Below the pieces are notes generated by a model. That model ran no database searches and was not told where the DNA came from. It worked only from the letters and a program-made list of their open reading frames with translations. A stretch of DNA of 64,000 nt from Lingula anatina (taxonomy: Eukaryota > Animalia > Brachiopoda). Positions 50,936-63,470 of the stretch are shown here, piece after piece. The position numbers and the translations under genes are program-made. Each line of letters begins with the position of its first letter. The stretch's first letter is position 1. The stretch covers positions 28,458,001 through 28,522,000 of the forward strand of contig CM120642.1 in NCBI GenBank assembly GCA_051362555.1. The letters are read 5' to 3'.

Positions 50936-52065
50936 TATTAATACATTAACGTTTGGACCCTCCTGCCCTTGGGTCCCATAAACATATACATTGTGACAGT
51001 GCCTACGCTTTGTGTCTGGTTTTAAATTTCTTAAAGTATTTTTTCTCTCACTCGGTATAATTTTAATATTATAATGCATTTAATTAAAATTTTAATCCAA
51101 GGTTGAGGCAATGCCACGACACGTCAGTTTACTGAATACTCGTTATAAATTTCTTTATCTTGGAAATTTCCCTTTTTTTCAGGATTATTTGACACGTACT
51201 AACACTGTTCATATTTGTCGGTAAACAAGTGCACAGTGCTATACATTAAGAATAATTTTTATTCATTCATAAATATATTTATGTACAAAATATATCAGAA
51301 ATTTTAGTATTCACTGAGCTCTTTAAAGTGAAACAAATAAAGATGAGAATATTGAATTTCAAACTATTATTTACTATATTAACTTAAAATATCTTTTAAG
51401 TCAACTCTATACTCAAGCACTCTATACTCATTGAAAGTAGCATCTGTGAGTAAAACCATTTTATTATATCAATAGAAGAACAAAAACAAAAATTTTACAC
51501 ATAAGCAGTAATAAATGAAGTCATAAGAATGATTAAGTTGCTACAGTTTTCCAGTTTTATGCAGTCTATGATGGCATTTTTTTCAATCGTGAAAAATATA
51601 AATAATTATATTCTTTTTTTATCTGACTTGCTGATACCAGTCTGTGCCAGATACTATTCCACTTACAGGCCAGCAAGGTCTGAGAATCTAATGGGCCGAA
51701 TGAAAAAAAAAAAATCCTAGAAGATAAAGTGGTCAATTCTTACAAATAGGATAAAAAACATGGGATTTTCAAAAGGTTATTAAAGATCAAGACAACACTT
51801 AGTAAGAACATTTATAAAATGTAACAGCTGAAAAAATTAACTGGTAAGTAAGCAGTAAGTGACTGCTTTAAAGAAATTTCACTGAAACAGAAATTTCACT
51901 GGCAATCAGGTAGACTGTTATACCATGGCACTCAACAATTTATATATAGGTTTTGAATTTTTTTCCACGTAACAGTAACATAAAATTTATGTCCACTTTT
52001 GCAATGTATAGAGTCAGTTAGGTGACTGAAAATATTTTAAAATGTCATAAAGGAGCACTATTAAT

Positions 52066-54163
52066 TTAATGCAATCTCTGTTGGCCAGTCCTATCCAGTT
52101 TCTTCTCCAATAAGGACAACTCAAGTGAGAATTTCTTCAGGGCCTTTTCTTCTGCCTTGCTAATGCCATGCCACTCAGAAAAGAGAGAAACCTGTAGGTT
52201 AGAAAAAAAAAAACATAATAATAGCATTATGAACTACTAGTATCCATGTAGACATTATGGAATTACGCAGCGAAGTTTAATGTGTCTTGTTATGACTTGA
52301 CTGAAATAATGTTCACCACATAAATGAACAATTTACAACTAAATTTATATAGAACATCAAGATTCATGATCACAAGCTAATAACCCCAAGAAATTGAAAG
52401 AAATTGTACTTATTACAAGAAATTATTTAAATCCGCCCTGGTTCCTACTCTTCTGACAGGACAAAAAGGGGATTTCAGAGAGGCTGGTTGCTAAAAGGAA
52501 AATGCCCAAGGTTGTTGTATTTTGAAAAAAAAATTAAAAAGGGTACTGTTGTTAGTGAATGTTTAATGCATCTTAGGCATTATGACAAAAGTAACTTACC
52601 CCAGACACACTGACCTCCTTTTTTCATTGACATATTTTAATTTTTTCCAGCCTGACCATAATTCATATTTTCAATGCAGCCTTCTCCCATATCTATAATA
52701 GAAAAAAAAAACTTGAGTAGTGTTAAGATATGCATGTCAAATTCATTATCAATTTTGAGAGAATTTCTGTTTGAACACTACAAGATGAAATATTTAATTT
52801 CAAGTAATGAATAAACCTTAATAGAGTTCTATTCTTTTGTAACCACCAAGGCAAAGCTTCTTTCTTAAAATGAACTGAAACATCCAAGCTTGCCACCTAA
52901 CATGCCAAAGTAGTGAAGTATAATTTAAGTAGAGAAGCAAGTACCCCTTAATTATAGAGGTGTCTTACACAATAAGGTGTGTCTTACACACCTTGACTCA
53001 AAGAGAGATGTGTAGTGAGATAACAGGTAAAGTAATTGGTGGAGCCTAGGTGAACTTAAAACCTTAAGACTTTAAATTAAGAAGCACCAGGATTCATGTG
53101 TGTTCTTTTCAAAGGTTTAATATGAATTAAAACATATATATGTAAAAAGAAGACTAAATAAGTTAAAAATAACTATACCAAAGACACTGTGAAGTCAAAC
53201 TTCCTGTTAGACCGCCATGATGGAAAATGCTGGGTGGAGGCAAAATTTTCCAGTCACAAAAACTGAGCACTTTACTTTAACAACAAAGTTACCACTCCAA
53301 AGCCACCCACCATGGTGAGAAGAAAAATGATGACCAACTGTCATGATAAGTCTTTTTAGATTTAAACATGAAAAAGGTAAAGGCCAAAATGGTACATTTA
53401 CCCATAACACTAGAGTAAAAAATTGGTATTCTGAACAAATCAGGTTATTTTTTTCAAGAAATATTGGAGCAGTATCCATGCAATATATACCACGCCACGA
53501 CCAAGATGTTCAAGAATCTAAACACACCAATTTTTTTTTATAATCTTGCATTTGAAAAGTACAAAAAGCGGTAAGGCTTTTGGCCTTAACAAGCGTAACA
53601 CTTTTTGATCGGAACTCATGAAAATTGTCAATTGTCGTATCCAAGCTAGACCACATGTAAAATCGCAAAAAAAAAACAATACTGCTCAAGCAAGTGTGTT
53701 GCACACATAACAATTAGATAAATTTTATGACTGTCATGTGACACAAGTTTCAAAAAGTAGGACGAAAATGTCTTTTGGAGTAATTTTTTTTCGAAATATT
53801 AACAAGATGGCGGCTTAAGCATCTGCTTGTTATTCGGCTACTGAAAGTGCACCTAAGTTTTATTCTTTGCTATTGCCACAAATTAATTAACAATTGCAAC
53901 TGTATAAAGACCAAACTTTCTTCATCTGATACTATATTTATAGGCACTTGTTATGAGTGGGAAATATTTTTCGTGCAATATTTATTCTCCACACACCACC
54001 TCGCGAGATCAACGTGTAGCTGGACACTTACACAGTGAGACCCTACGACATAAAAGTTGCAATTTATCTTCATATTTCGTGTAGTTATGCATTTAAAAGC
54101 ACTTACCTGTTTTTTGAAAACCTTGTCCAACGTAATATCATATAAATTCTGTATTTCTCTCAT
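52066..54163 (-). pseudogene. Three-exon cargo (pseudo)gene inside the P-like element; exons 54107-54163, 52600-52692, 52066-52191
   Basis: Consensus GTAAGT donors and polypyrimidine-AG acceptors, all phase 0. Exon 2 has two in-frame TGA codons. Confidence 0.55.
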
Positions 54164-54620
54164 TTTTTAGAAACTTGGGACTCCGTTTCTGTTTCTGTCC
54201 TCAAAAATCAACAGACGAAGGCACAGATACTAACAAACGAGATTTAAACGAGAGTAGCAATTAAGCGTAACAGAGATAGGCATCCATTGTTCTCTGGGTT
54301 CTATTCATTCCGACCAATGAGAGACCGTAATACGGGCTCCGCCCCCACGCGTGTAATCTTCTGTTATAACTCCTTGGTGTGAGTCGAAGTAGACCAAATG
54401 GCATCGACCGAAATGACCTTTTATAGGTTTGGTAGTATTAAGCATATCTTTGCATCATTTTGTAACATTTCTGTGTAGTGTTCATAATGCTTTAATATTC
54501 TGAGAGTACAAATAAAGACATGCTGTTTGTTTGATATTTGTTTTATTGATTGTTATACCAACAAAATGCATGCAATTACCTTATTTAAAATAGATTGGGT
54601 AATATATGCAGCATGTCTAT

Positions 54621-54746
54621 CAGGCCCGTAGCCATCAATTTCAAAATTTGAAAAAGTGGACCATTTTCCATAAAAACTTAATGTATCTAGATCAACCTTT
54701 TCCCAGCAAAAGGGGTGGTTCTTTCGAACCCCCTGGCTACGGGCCC
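54621..54746. mobile_element. Small nested MITE
   Basis: CAGGCCCGTAGCCA...TGGCTACGGGCC inverted ends; absent from the sister copy. Confidence 0.6.
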
Positions 54747-54920
54747 ATTTATTCATGACTTTTTTTACCTTTCTACGAAGTATTCACAATGCTTTAATAT
54801 TTTGAGAGCATGGATAAAGACATATTGTTAGTTTGATACGTGTTTCTGTGGTTAGTTTTTGTTTCCAGCTGTGTACTGACAGCATTCCTTTACTTAAGCA
54901 ACATTTTTTTTTTTTGGACT

Positions 54921-54954
<34 letters not shown>

Positions 54955-55401
54955 GCCCTCTCGCACCGATTTCGGGGTCCCCAGAGGATGTCATCCATAA
55001 AAATAAAAAAGTGTGGCCTAACACATATAAACCACTTCTACTAGTTTCTTATACGACTAAAAAAAGTCGACATGCCAAGGAATAAACTGAATAAATCACC
55101 CGATCAGCCATAAAAGAGCTACCTTTAGACTGCTCCTATCTTTAAATTTTTGGTCAGAAATTTAACCTACGTACGTGACCTACTTTTCTGCCCCGTGTAG
55201 GCCTATATGTCAAAAGCTCGGACCAAATCTAGTCCTATGCACAAAAAGCCCAGACCCCATGTTAATTACGCCCTGGCTGGGCCCATTCTTTATGGTGTCT
55301 TTGCATTGTTAACAGCATAATGGACAAGTTAATTGACCAAGTTAATTGGCCAAGCTGCCAGTTTGTTTGTATGGCATGTGCAGGTGATGTCTTAGATCAA
55401 G

Positions 55402-55433
55402 CTTGGACATAATAATTCGTTATTATGTCCAAG
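55402..55433. mobile_element. 32-bp palindromic transposon footprint with 7-bp TSD
   Basis: GATCAAG-CTTGGACATAATAA-TTCG-TTATTATGTCCAAG-GATCAAG. Confidence 0.8.
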
Positions 55434-55915
55434 GATCAAGGCACATATTATGATACTTACAGGTGTGGCAAATGAGATATAGTTGTATTTCATTACCTGT
55501 GATTTGTAAAATACATCTGAGGATGATACTTTTAAAGATGTTTCATGTTTAAAGAAAAGGCATGTACATGTACTGTAGATTGATTTAGTAACATTTACTA
55601 AAGGAATGTTAAATTAAAGGTGGGCTCCATTTGTTAGTGTGTTATTTTAATTATCTAGATTTCATACAGATTATAGGAAAAAGTCTGCCCTTTAATGTTT
55701 TGTTGACCTTTTGGGAAAATATCTGCATTTTTTAAGGATAAATTACAAAGAAAAGTGTGAATTAATAGCAAAACTTTGCTCTATTTGCAGGCATAGCTAT
55801 AAAAACTCCCTAAAGTTATAATATATTTTTATTTACATCATAATCTATGCCAGTTTAGAACACTGATCAAGTCGATATATGAGGGTACATGCACATGAAT
55901 CCTACCTAAGACTTA

Positions 55916-56130
55916 GGCTCTATTCCCATAGATTTTAGATCGATCTATCCCCGCGGGGAGTCTCACTAGATTACTTTCAGATAATCCAACTTAAATGTCC
56001 GTCCCGCCTACTACAAGCTGTAAGGGGGTAACTAACTTTCGTGTCCGCCCGGCTGACAGCTATTTAGCGTGAACCCCCAGGGAGTTAGGTCGATCTAAAG
56101 TAGGTCGATCTAATCTATGGAAATGGGGTG
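55916..56130. mobile_element. Degenerate PIF/Harbinger-like MITE
   Basis: TTCCCATAGATTTTAGATCGATCTA versus inverted TAGGTCGATCTAATCTATGGAAA, flanked by TTA on both sides. Confidence 0.5.
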
Positions 56131-57720
56131 TTAGGGCCCATTAAACAAGTCCTAGATTATACCGAGGACTTAGATATCCACGTCCTTAATTCTACACAGT
56201 TTCATTTACTTTTGCTTTATGTGTATGTGCATATACAAGAAAAATGTTTTGACCTGTCCTCACATTACCCAAGGATCTATCAGTATATATAGTGCTTATC
56301 GGACTTGTCAGGCGCTGACAGTACTCTCTGACCACAGGGTGCGCGAATAGTCTGTTACAAACTTATTGTACACCGGGGTCTGTAGGAAGAAAGGATTTCG
56401 AAAAAGATCGATTGTGCCGGAAGTTGTGACTTCGAATGATGTATTAGGCTGGAGGTACATGGGGGTATAAGACGTGAGTGACGTGAAAATTTTTTTAAAT
56501 CAAGTTTTGTGGTAAGTCAAGGATTTTACCCGCTAATAAGGAAAAGAAAATAAATGAGGGGTATCATTTCAGCCAAATATATGAATGACAATAAAAGTGC
56601 TTTAACTCTAAAAGTACCTTTTACACATTTAGGGCCGGGGGGGGGGGGGGGGGGGGGGGATTGAATGTTCAATAATAAAATGTACAGGTTGTTAGAAAAT
56701 CGAACCCTTTGATAAAAGCAAATGGCGTTTGAGGTCCACCTGGTTACAGCTTTGATTTGTTCCCCGAAGCTGATTTAAATCGAAAATTTATCCGTAGCTT
56801 CTGTGGTTTGGTGTTACAGAGACCAGTGCCTGTCACTGTGGACATGCACCGATACTGTGCAGACTGTTTTGAATATATCATCAGGAGCGTTTTTCGTTTC
56901 TTAAGGTATTTAAACAAGATCAAAGATGAAACCTTGGCTTATCACCGTTAGCCTACTAATAGGAGAAATTTTCTTTAGAATTGATCAGATAAACTTTATT
57001 TTGAAGTGTATGGTATACTTATTGAAACAATAAAAACATCAGTTCTAAACAGCTTTTGGCATAATACATTTTAGATACTGAAATGCTTTTATTCGTTGTT
57101 TTTTTAATTAAAATAAATGAGTCATTGTTAGTAGACTTTTTGGCAGCTTAACAGAACAAGTTTGTAAGTCATGTAAAGATTAGGGATATGACATACGTTA
57201 AGCAGTCGCAGGTACACTGTAATGGCTAAATTAGGGCACTCCTTGTTAACAAAAAGATAAAACTACTTGTAGCTTTGCTATGCGCGTGATTTATATAATT
57301 TAAGCTAACGGCTTTTTGTTTCATTTTTAGCAAAACGTGGACCAACGTACCATATAGATTTTATACATTTAATTGTTAAAAGCGGTGACTTTGTAAGCCC
57401 ATAGGGCTGGGCCGTTACACATATATATGCATTATGTATTATATTTGCATATATTCGGCATTGTCACGAAAATAAATCAATTTAGCTAAACATTATGTAG
57501 CCGAAAATGGTACTGGGAACAATGGTCCACAACAAAAATTTAAGAACTAACATCAGCTTACCCAGAATGATGGCTTGTGAAAGGAACAGTCTACGCAAGT
57601 TGTAACAAAATAGGGACGGTTGTTTTAGATATGTTTCAGTATTTGTTGCTAGCATCCAAATTCCATTGATTTCGCAAAATATTAAAAACCTATTCTCTCT
57701 CCCTTACACACACACACACA

Positions 57721-57752
<32 letters not shown>

Positions 57753-59349
57753 TTGTGTGTGTGTTTGTGGGAGGGGGGAGCGCGGCTGTGGAAAGCCCAC
57801 AATATGCATGCACGAGCAGATTAGCCTGTGATACTCATCTAGACGCTAATGTGCAGGGTAAGAGAATGCTGATGGACTAGTGGAAAGGAAAAGATTGATA
57901 CTTGATAAAGAAGAAGATAAAGTTCTCGCCCATGGCCCTGCATCAAGTGTATCCACAAAACAATAAATAGAATGAAAGAAAGGATTTACGAGTACTCTCC
58001 ACTTAAAATTACATATGAAGCGAGCATAGGTTTCCTGTTATGCATATACATCATTACTACCATTCACATAAAGTTTACATGCCAAAATAAAGTTTTAAAA
58101 CTGCACCTTTTCAAATTTCTGGTCGTAAATTGGCCTATTTAATCCTCCCTCCCCCTCATTTCGATTAAATGGCGTAACATAATGTTAGACGCATACCAGT
58201 TGCGCGCACAATTTAATTATTCAAACGAGGATTGTCGAAAACAGGTTATATTTTTATAAAGCAGACAAAACATGTTTAATATTCATTGTTTCGGAAGATT
58301 GAAACGATGCCCCTTGGTGTTTGATATGCTATTTGAAACGATATAATGTCATCTGATCGGGTTTAGAGACAATGTTTTGACATGACAACTTGCTCAATAT
58401 AAAATGCATCTTTAATTTGCTAATACGACTCGATTAAGTAGAAGCAGCATATGGGGGTACAAAACTAAAACATACCCTGTAGTTTTCATTGAGACTTTTT
58501 TGTCGGAACAGTCAACTTCACAGCTATTTAATCACAACAATGGGTAGCACAAATTGGTGCATTAGAATTTTCTGAAAAGTGGTTCCTTCTGATTACCTTC
58601 TGATGCCTTTGATGAAACATCGTAAAAAGTAATTAATCAACTGAGTATTTGTCTTTTACTTGTACCCTAGGTTCTAGATTTCAGTTTTGCCAGCCCGTTC
58701 TTGATTTCATATATAACCCACATTAGCAAAACTGACTCTAGCCAGTACCGTCGACCTAAGGGCGTGTTCGGCAGAATTTTGCCTGGGGCGCTTCCATATT
58801 TGGAAGTCACAAGTCTCGTACGTTACACCTATGTCCGCCTGGAGCTCCATATTTGGAAGTCATAAGTCTCGCCTGGAGTTGCCTTTCCCGCCTTGTGTAA
58901 TTTGTGTTTATATCTCCAGAAGCAAATGTTTTTGTTTTTTTTTTTTTTAGGCAAAAAATACAAAAAAAAACATCTGGTATATCTTTTTCTTTCAAAATAT
59001 ATTATTTATTTTTCAGTTTAAATCTTATATACAGTAAATAAAATTAAATAAAGCAAAATTAAATTTGTTTTACGTTTCATTTCGGACTAATGACATTCAA
59101 CTGTAGACTCACCGCGGAGCAGTTCTTTTTGATTGACGGATACGCAATATTGTCACTGTTCTTCAGCAGTACTGTGAAGCCATCCCGTGAAAAGGTTTGA
59201 ATAGTTAACAAAATAACTTCACAGTGTCCCTGACACTCAGGGCATTTACTTGAAGCATTTTATTCAATGTATTGAAATTTAACCTCTTTAACTTCTCTTT
59301 ACCAGGCAATAAATAAACAAAAATCATATAAGTCAAATATCACTTACTA

Positions 59350-62120
59350 CTAATTCGTAAAAGATTTCTCTTCAACCCCCTCCAAAAAAAGTAAGAAAAA
59401 CATGGATGCAGCACGTGCACGTTCCAGCTTAGCCATTACTTCTTTTACCAGAGGATTCTTATATACTGTAAATTTGATCTGCACTATGAAAGAGGACTTT
59501 GTGCATACCATATCGTTTATGGATTTTCCTTTGTTACAACGCACATTATCAGTCAGATAAATACAATAAATAAACAGTCATTAAAAAGCGTGGCCAAAGC
59601 AAGGTTCTTATTTTAAAGAACATTGGGGACAAAACACTCTAATATTTTTCTAGATGTTTCGGAAATTCTGATATATCATTATATATGTTAATTCATTGCA
59701 GGAATTGTGAGATAAAATGCTTTGTTAATGCTCAAAAAAGAGCAGTGTACTTGGTTCTCTTTCTTTTTTAGCCTTTTTCCAGTTAACTTCAGGATGTCTG
59801 TAACACATTTGCGTGTTCTACCTTTACGGTTGTAGTACTTTTTTACACAACCTAAAAACGTTTTAATGAATGGGGACCCTGTAGCTGCATATCTTTTTGC
59901 TGCACATCCCGGCAAAGTTGCAAACGCCGGCAAGAAATCTGCTTCTTGGGCGGCGGGGACTGTGCTTAATGATTTTTTACAGTCCTTTTCGCCTTCGGCA
60001 TCTTTCATGATAGCACTTCTACATTTAGTTCTTTTGGAAACGGCTTCCTTTCCCGTGTTATCGGCACTCCCACCTGAAATGTAAAATCAATTATGTGCAT
60101 GTTCATACCCTGGTTGAGAAAGACGAGGCATTTCCCTGAGATTTTTTTTATATTGGTAAGGTTTGGAGTGTTCTGCCTTGTCACTATGAAATATCTGATC
60201 ACCGACTATTTTTTAAAAGCTTTAACATGCAATTGCAAAAGCGCGCCCTTATCATAAAAGGTTAATCTGCAAAAGGTAAATGAAAAGAAGTCACTATGAA
60301 ATACTGTTAAGTACCATATATATTTTCTACTAAATATGGCTGGAGATATGATATTATTTTGATTCGGCAAACAAACCACTTGTGCTAAATTTTAGAATAC
60401 TATAGCTTTCAAAACGGTGCTCTTCCCCTTACATAGTGTTGGCATTATCGTCGGTACATACCATCATTAAGTTCTGCGCCACCTAGACACATTTGTGAGA
60501 CGAATAACCTTGGTTTATTTTCAAGCTGTGGACAATTCTTCGAATAGAAGTACGATATTAAATCAGCCAAAAAAATACGCTCTCCGTCCACTGTGTAAAA
60601 ATAACTGAAAGGATGGGACATAAAAATAAAATGAACATGAACTACACGTCTTTTATATGCGCGTGACAAATCAGTTAAAAAGAAAAAAATTTGGCTTTGT
60701 AATAATAATTTAAGGAAATAAACTTAGAAATATGTTTTGTCATGAATATACATGTATATAAAAGCAGTAAAGAGTAATGGATGCGTACCCGTCTTCCCCG
60801 TGCGAAAGCACGAAGCAAACAAAGGAGTCGTAATGAGCTTCCATTTTAGACCCCAACTGTCTCAAACGATGTTTCAGGTCAGAACAAGTATAGTCTCTGA
60901 ACTTGATGACCTTATATTTTAGTTTACTGAACACGTGTTCTATGTGCTCTGAAAAGACAATAAGAAGTTTACATTTTTTAAATGCACACCCAGGCGGCAT
61001 GGGTAGATAAGCATGTATAAAAAGGTTACGAGGGAGTGTTGAAAGCAAAAATAATTTTTAGATTTGGAAGACCCTCCCCAACGCGCCTCTTTAATTTTCC
61101 TTTGTGATATGTGCGATGCGTTTTCCTACAATTAATTAATTAATAGTAAAATACAACCTTGAGAAGAAAAGAAACATGTTATCACGGATATTTAGAATAC
61201 TTACTTTCATCCTTCATTGTGCCGTAACGATTGTGCATTTTTGTCGCTGGGAAATAACGGCAATTGTTAATGATCAGAGTAATTCCTCGATATTGGCCTT
61301 CCGAAGTGATGCTATAAGCACTCTCTGTGGAAGATGCGGTACTCGCTAAAATTGGACAAAAGTAATTAATACTATTTAAATGTGGACAGTGTAATATTTC
61401 TGAAAAATTTGCTGTTATTGTTAAAATTGCCGCCACATCTTATGCAGATTAAATGAAAACATGTATGCAAATTTATTTTAGGGTTTATATACTGATAATA
61501 AAATAGTTTTACATTATTTATACGAAAAATAACCGATCACTTAGATGTTAGCATTCTCAACATCAGTAAAGACAGAAATACACAATATAGGAATGAAATA
61601 AATTCTAAAAACATTCCTATCACTCGATTTGGGAAATGGAACGTACTCTCTGAGCATGTTCTGGTCCTCCGATTTCCCGTAACTTGTAAGCCTAATCTGG
61701 GGTAGACGTATGGTGGAGTTTCCACATGAGGGGAAGCCTCTGAGTTTTCGTCCTCTTGAATTTCAGGAACACAGCTTTCCATAATTGGGTATTTTAACAC
61801 AGGGGCACTACTGTTCGTTAAAACGGTGGACATGTTTGTTTCACCAGAACTGTTTTTGTTTTTATCAAATTTAGACCTTTCTATCTGCGAATTTGGGCCT
61901 ATTCCAGTGGTTTTACCGGGCACTTTTTTTGGAGGCTGCCTTGGTAACTTTGCTACATCAGGTTTGACTTTGTTGACCAACATTGCTTTGCCATCGTTAC
62001 GATTTACAGCACCTCTCCTCTTTTTACCTTTGCGACTAGCTTTCTTTTTTCTATGAAACCTGACAAGGTGTCGAATTTTTCTTTTTATGAAAATTGGGTC
62101 GAAGAATGGTCGGTAAAAAA
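59350..62120 (-). CDS. Divergent caspase (peptidase C14A), 5' end not found; exons about 61647-62120, 61205-61345, 60789-60948, 60462-60604, 59751-60073, ambiguous terminal exon about 59350-59484
   Basis: RGITLIINN, NRYGTMKD, FVCFVLSHG, CPQLENKPRLFVSQMCLG, and p10 ADFLPAFATLPG...R...GSPFI. Internal junctions are phase-compatible. Confidence 0.85.
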
Positions 62121-62469
62121 CTACAATTAAGAGAATTAATTGTATTTATGTAGCAAATGGTTTGTTTTAGTGGTGCTATTAACTTTTTGGTAATACATCA
62201 ACGTTTTGTTTGGGTCTTGTGTCTGCACATTTTGACCTTAAGTAATTGACCAAGACAAGGTGTTAACAGATGTCCAGGGTTAAGGAATGTCTTAGCTGCT
62301 GTGTATCAAGGCACACACAAGTATATTCTATGAAAGATGTTTTGGAGATTAATTCCATCGAGCTGCATTCAGTTAGAAGTCATTCAGCTTTGTAGCTGCG
62401 GATATATTTACCCGCAGTTTTAGCAGCTACACTGTATTATTACTTACGTTTCTTTATTGTTATTTGTAC

Positions 62470-62705
62470 ACTGGTTACCAGTCATCACTTTTGTGGTTTC
62501 AAGATTTGGGGACGACTATTTGTTACTTGGTTACCATTTTCTTCGGATTATTCAGTTTTCCCCAGCCACCAGTTTTGGTATTCAAGATTCAGCGACGGCT
62601 GTTGACGGTTATTTGTTACTTGGTGACTTTATTTTATTTGGACAATATTCACTTTTCTCCAGTCACCAGTATTTGATATTCAAGTTTCGGCGACGGCTGT
62701 TTCCT
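62470..62705 (+). repeat. About 95-bp diverged tandem repeat, roughly 2.5 copies
   Basis: TATTTGTTACTTGGT...CAG(C/T)CACCAGT...TTCAAG...GCGACGGCTGTT recurs. Confidence 0.7.
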
Positions 62706-63092
62706 TTTACGGGATGACTTCAAGTTTTGGATCACACACAGGCTAGTATTTGTTTTCATTTCCCCCCCCTTTTTTCACGTGTTCTTATCAATACATTTAT
62801 AATTGTTGTGTTATGCAACTACAGTTGTTACCTATTTTGTTTAGGTGTCACTCATCATGTTATTTTTGATTTTTTTTCTTTTGTGTGCATCTATTTTATT
62901 TATGTTTATATTCCTATCGGGCCAGGTGTTTTTGCAGTTTCCATATTTCCTATTTCCTGGCTGTCATTGACATGCCGTAATCTATTCATATCCTATTTCC
63001 GATTGTCTCCGTGTCCGCATTACCAGGTGGAGTATTATTAGGGGTTTCTGGTCGACTAGGCGATATGCATTTTTGGAGTTTTTATGCTCTTT

Positions 63093-63470
63093 TTTCTGGG
63101 TGTACTTCCCAGGTTGTTAACTGTTTGCCTAGTAGTGAGAACCCTGTAGTGGTATCTGGTATACTAGGTTCTGGGTGTATTTCCCAGGTTTTTTAACTGT
63201 TTGCCTAGTAGTGAGAGCCCTTTGTGGTATCTGGTATACTAGGTTCTGGGTGTATTCCCAGGTTTTTAACTGTTTGCCTAGTAGTGAGAGCCCTTTGGTG
63301 GTATCTGGTATACTAGGTTCTGGGTGTATTTCCCAGGTTTTTAACTGTTTGCCTAGTAGTGAGAGCCCTTTGGTGGTATCTGGTATACTAGGTTCTGGGT
63401 GTATTCCCAGGTTTTTAACTGTTTGCCTAGTAGTGAGAGCCTTTTGTGGTATCTGGTATACTAGGTTTTA
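63093..63470 (+). repeat. Minisatellite, about 75-bp unit, about 5 copies
   Basis: TTCTGGGTGTATTTCCCAGGTTTTTAACTGTTTGCCTAGTAGTGAGAGCCCTTTGGTGGTATCTGGTATACTAGG is repeated. Confidence 0.93.

Larger units (their letters stand above)
50485..54376. mobile_element. Nested 3.9-kb P-superfamily-like non-autonomous element
   Basis: Perfect 18-bp TIR CAAGGAGTTATAACAGAA, extended by GATTACACGC. 7-bp TSD GTGTGAG at 50478-50484 and 54377-54383. The empty site is visible in the sister copy. Confidence 0.88.
49731..55018. mobile_element. Second copy (inverted) of the 11419-12337 element, expanded to 5.3 kb by nested insertions
   Basis: Same 34-bp TIR; TAA at 49728-49730 and 55019-55021. Internal segments are collinear with the reverse complement of 11419-12337. 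Confidence 0.88.

Noticed and set aside
53207-53819. Possible Kolobok-like MITE (TTAGACCGCCAT...ATGGCGGCTTAA) inside the P-like element
   Set aside because: The inverted match is short and imperfect, and no clean TTAA TSD can be shown.
61610-61625. Possible non-canonical GA donor in the caspase gene
   Set aside because: A canonical phase-1 GTACGT donor at 61646 explains the junction.
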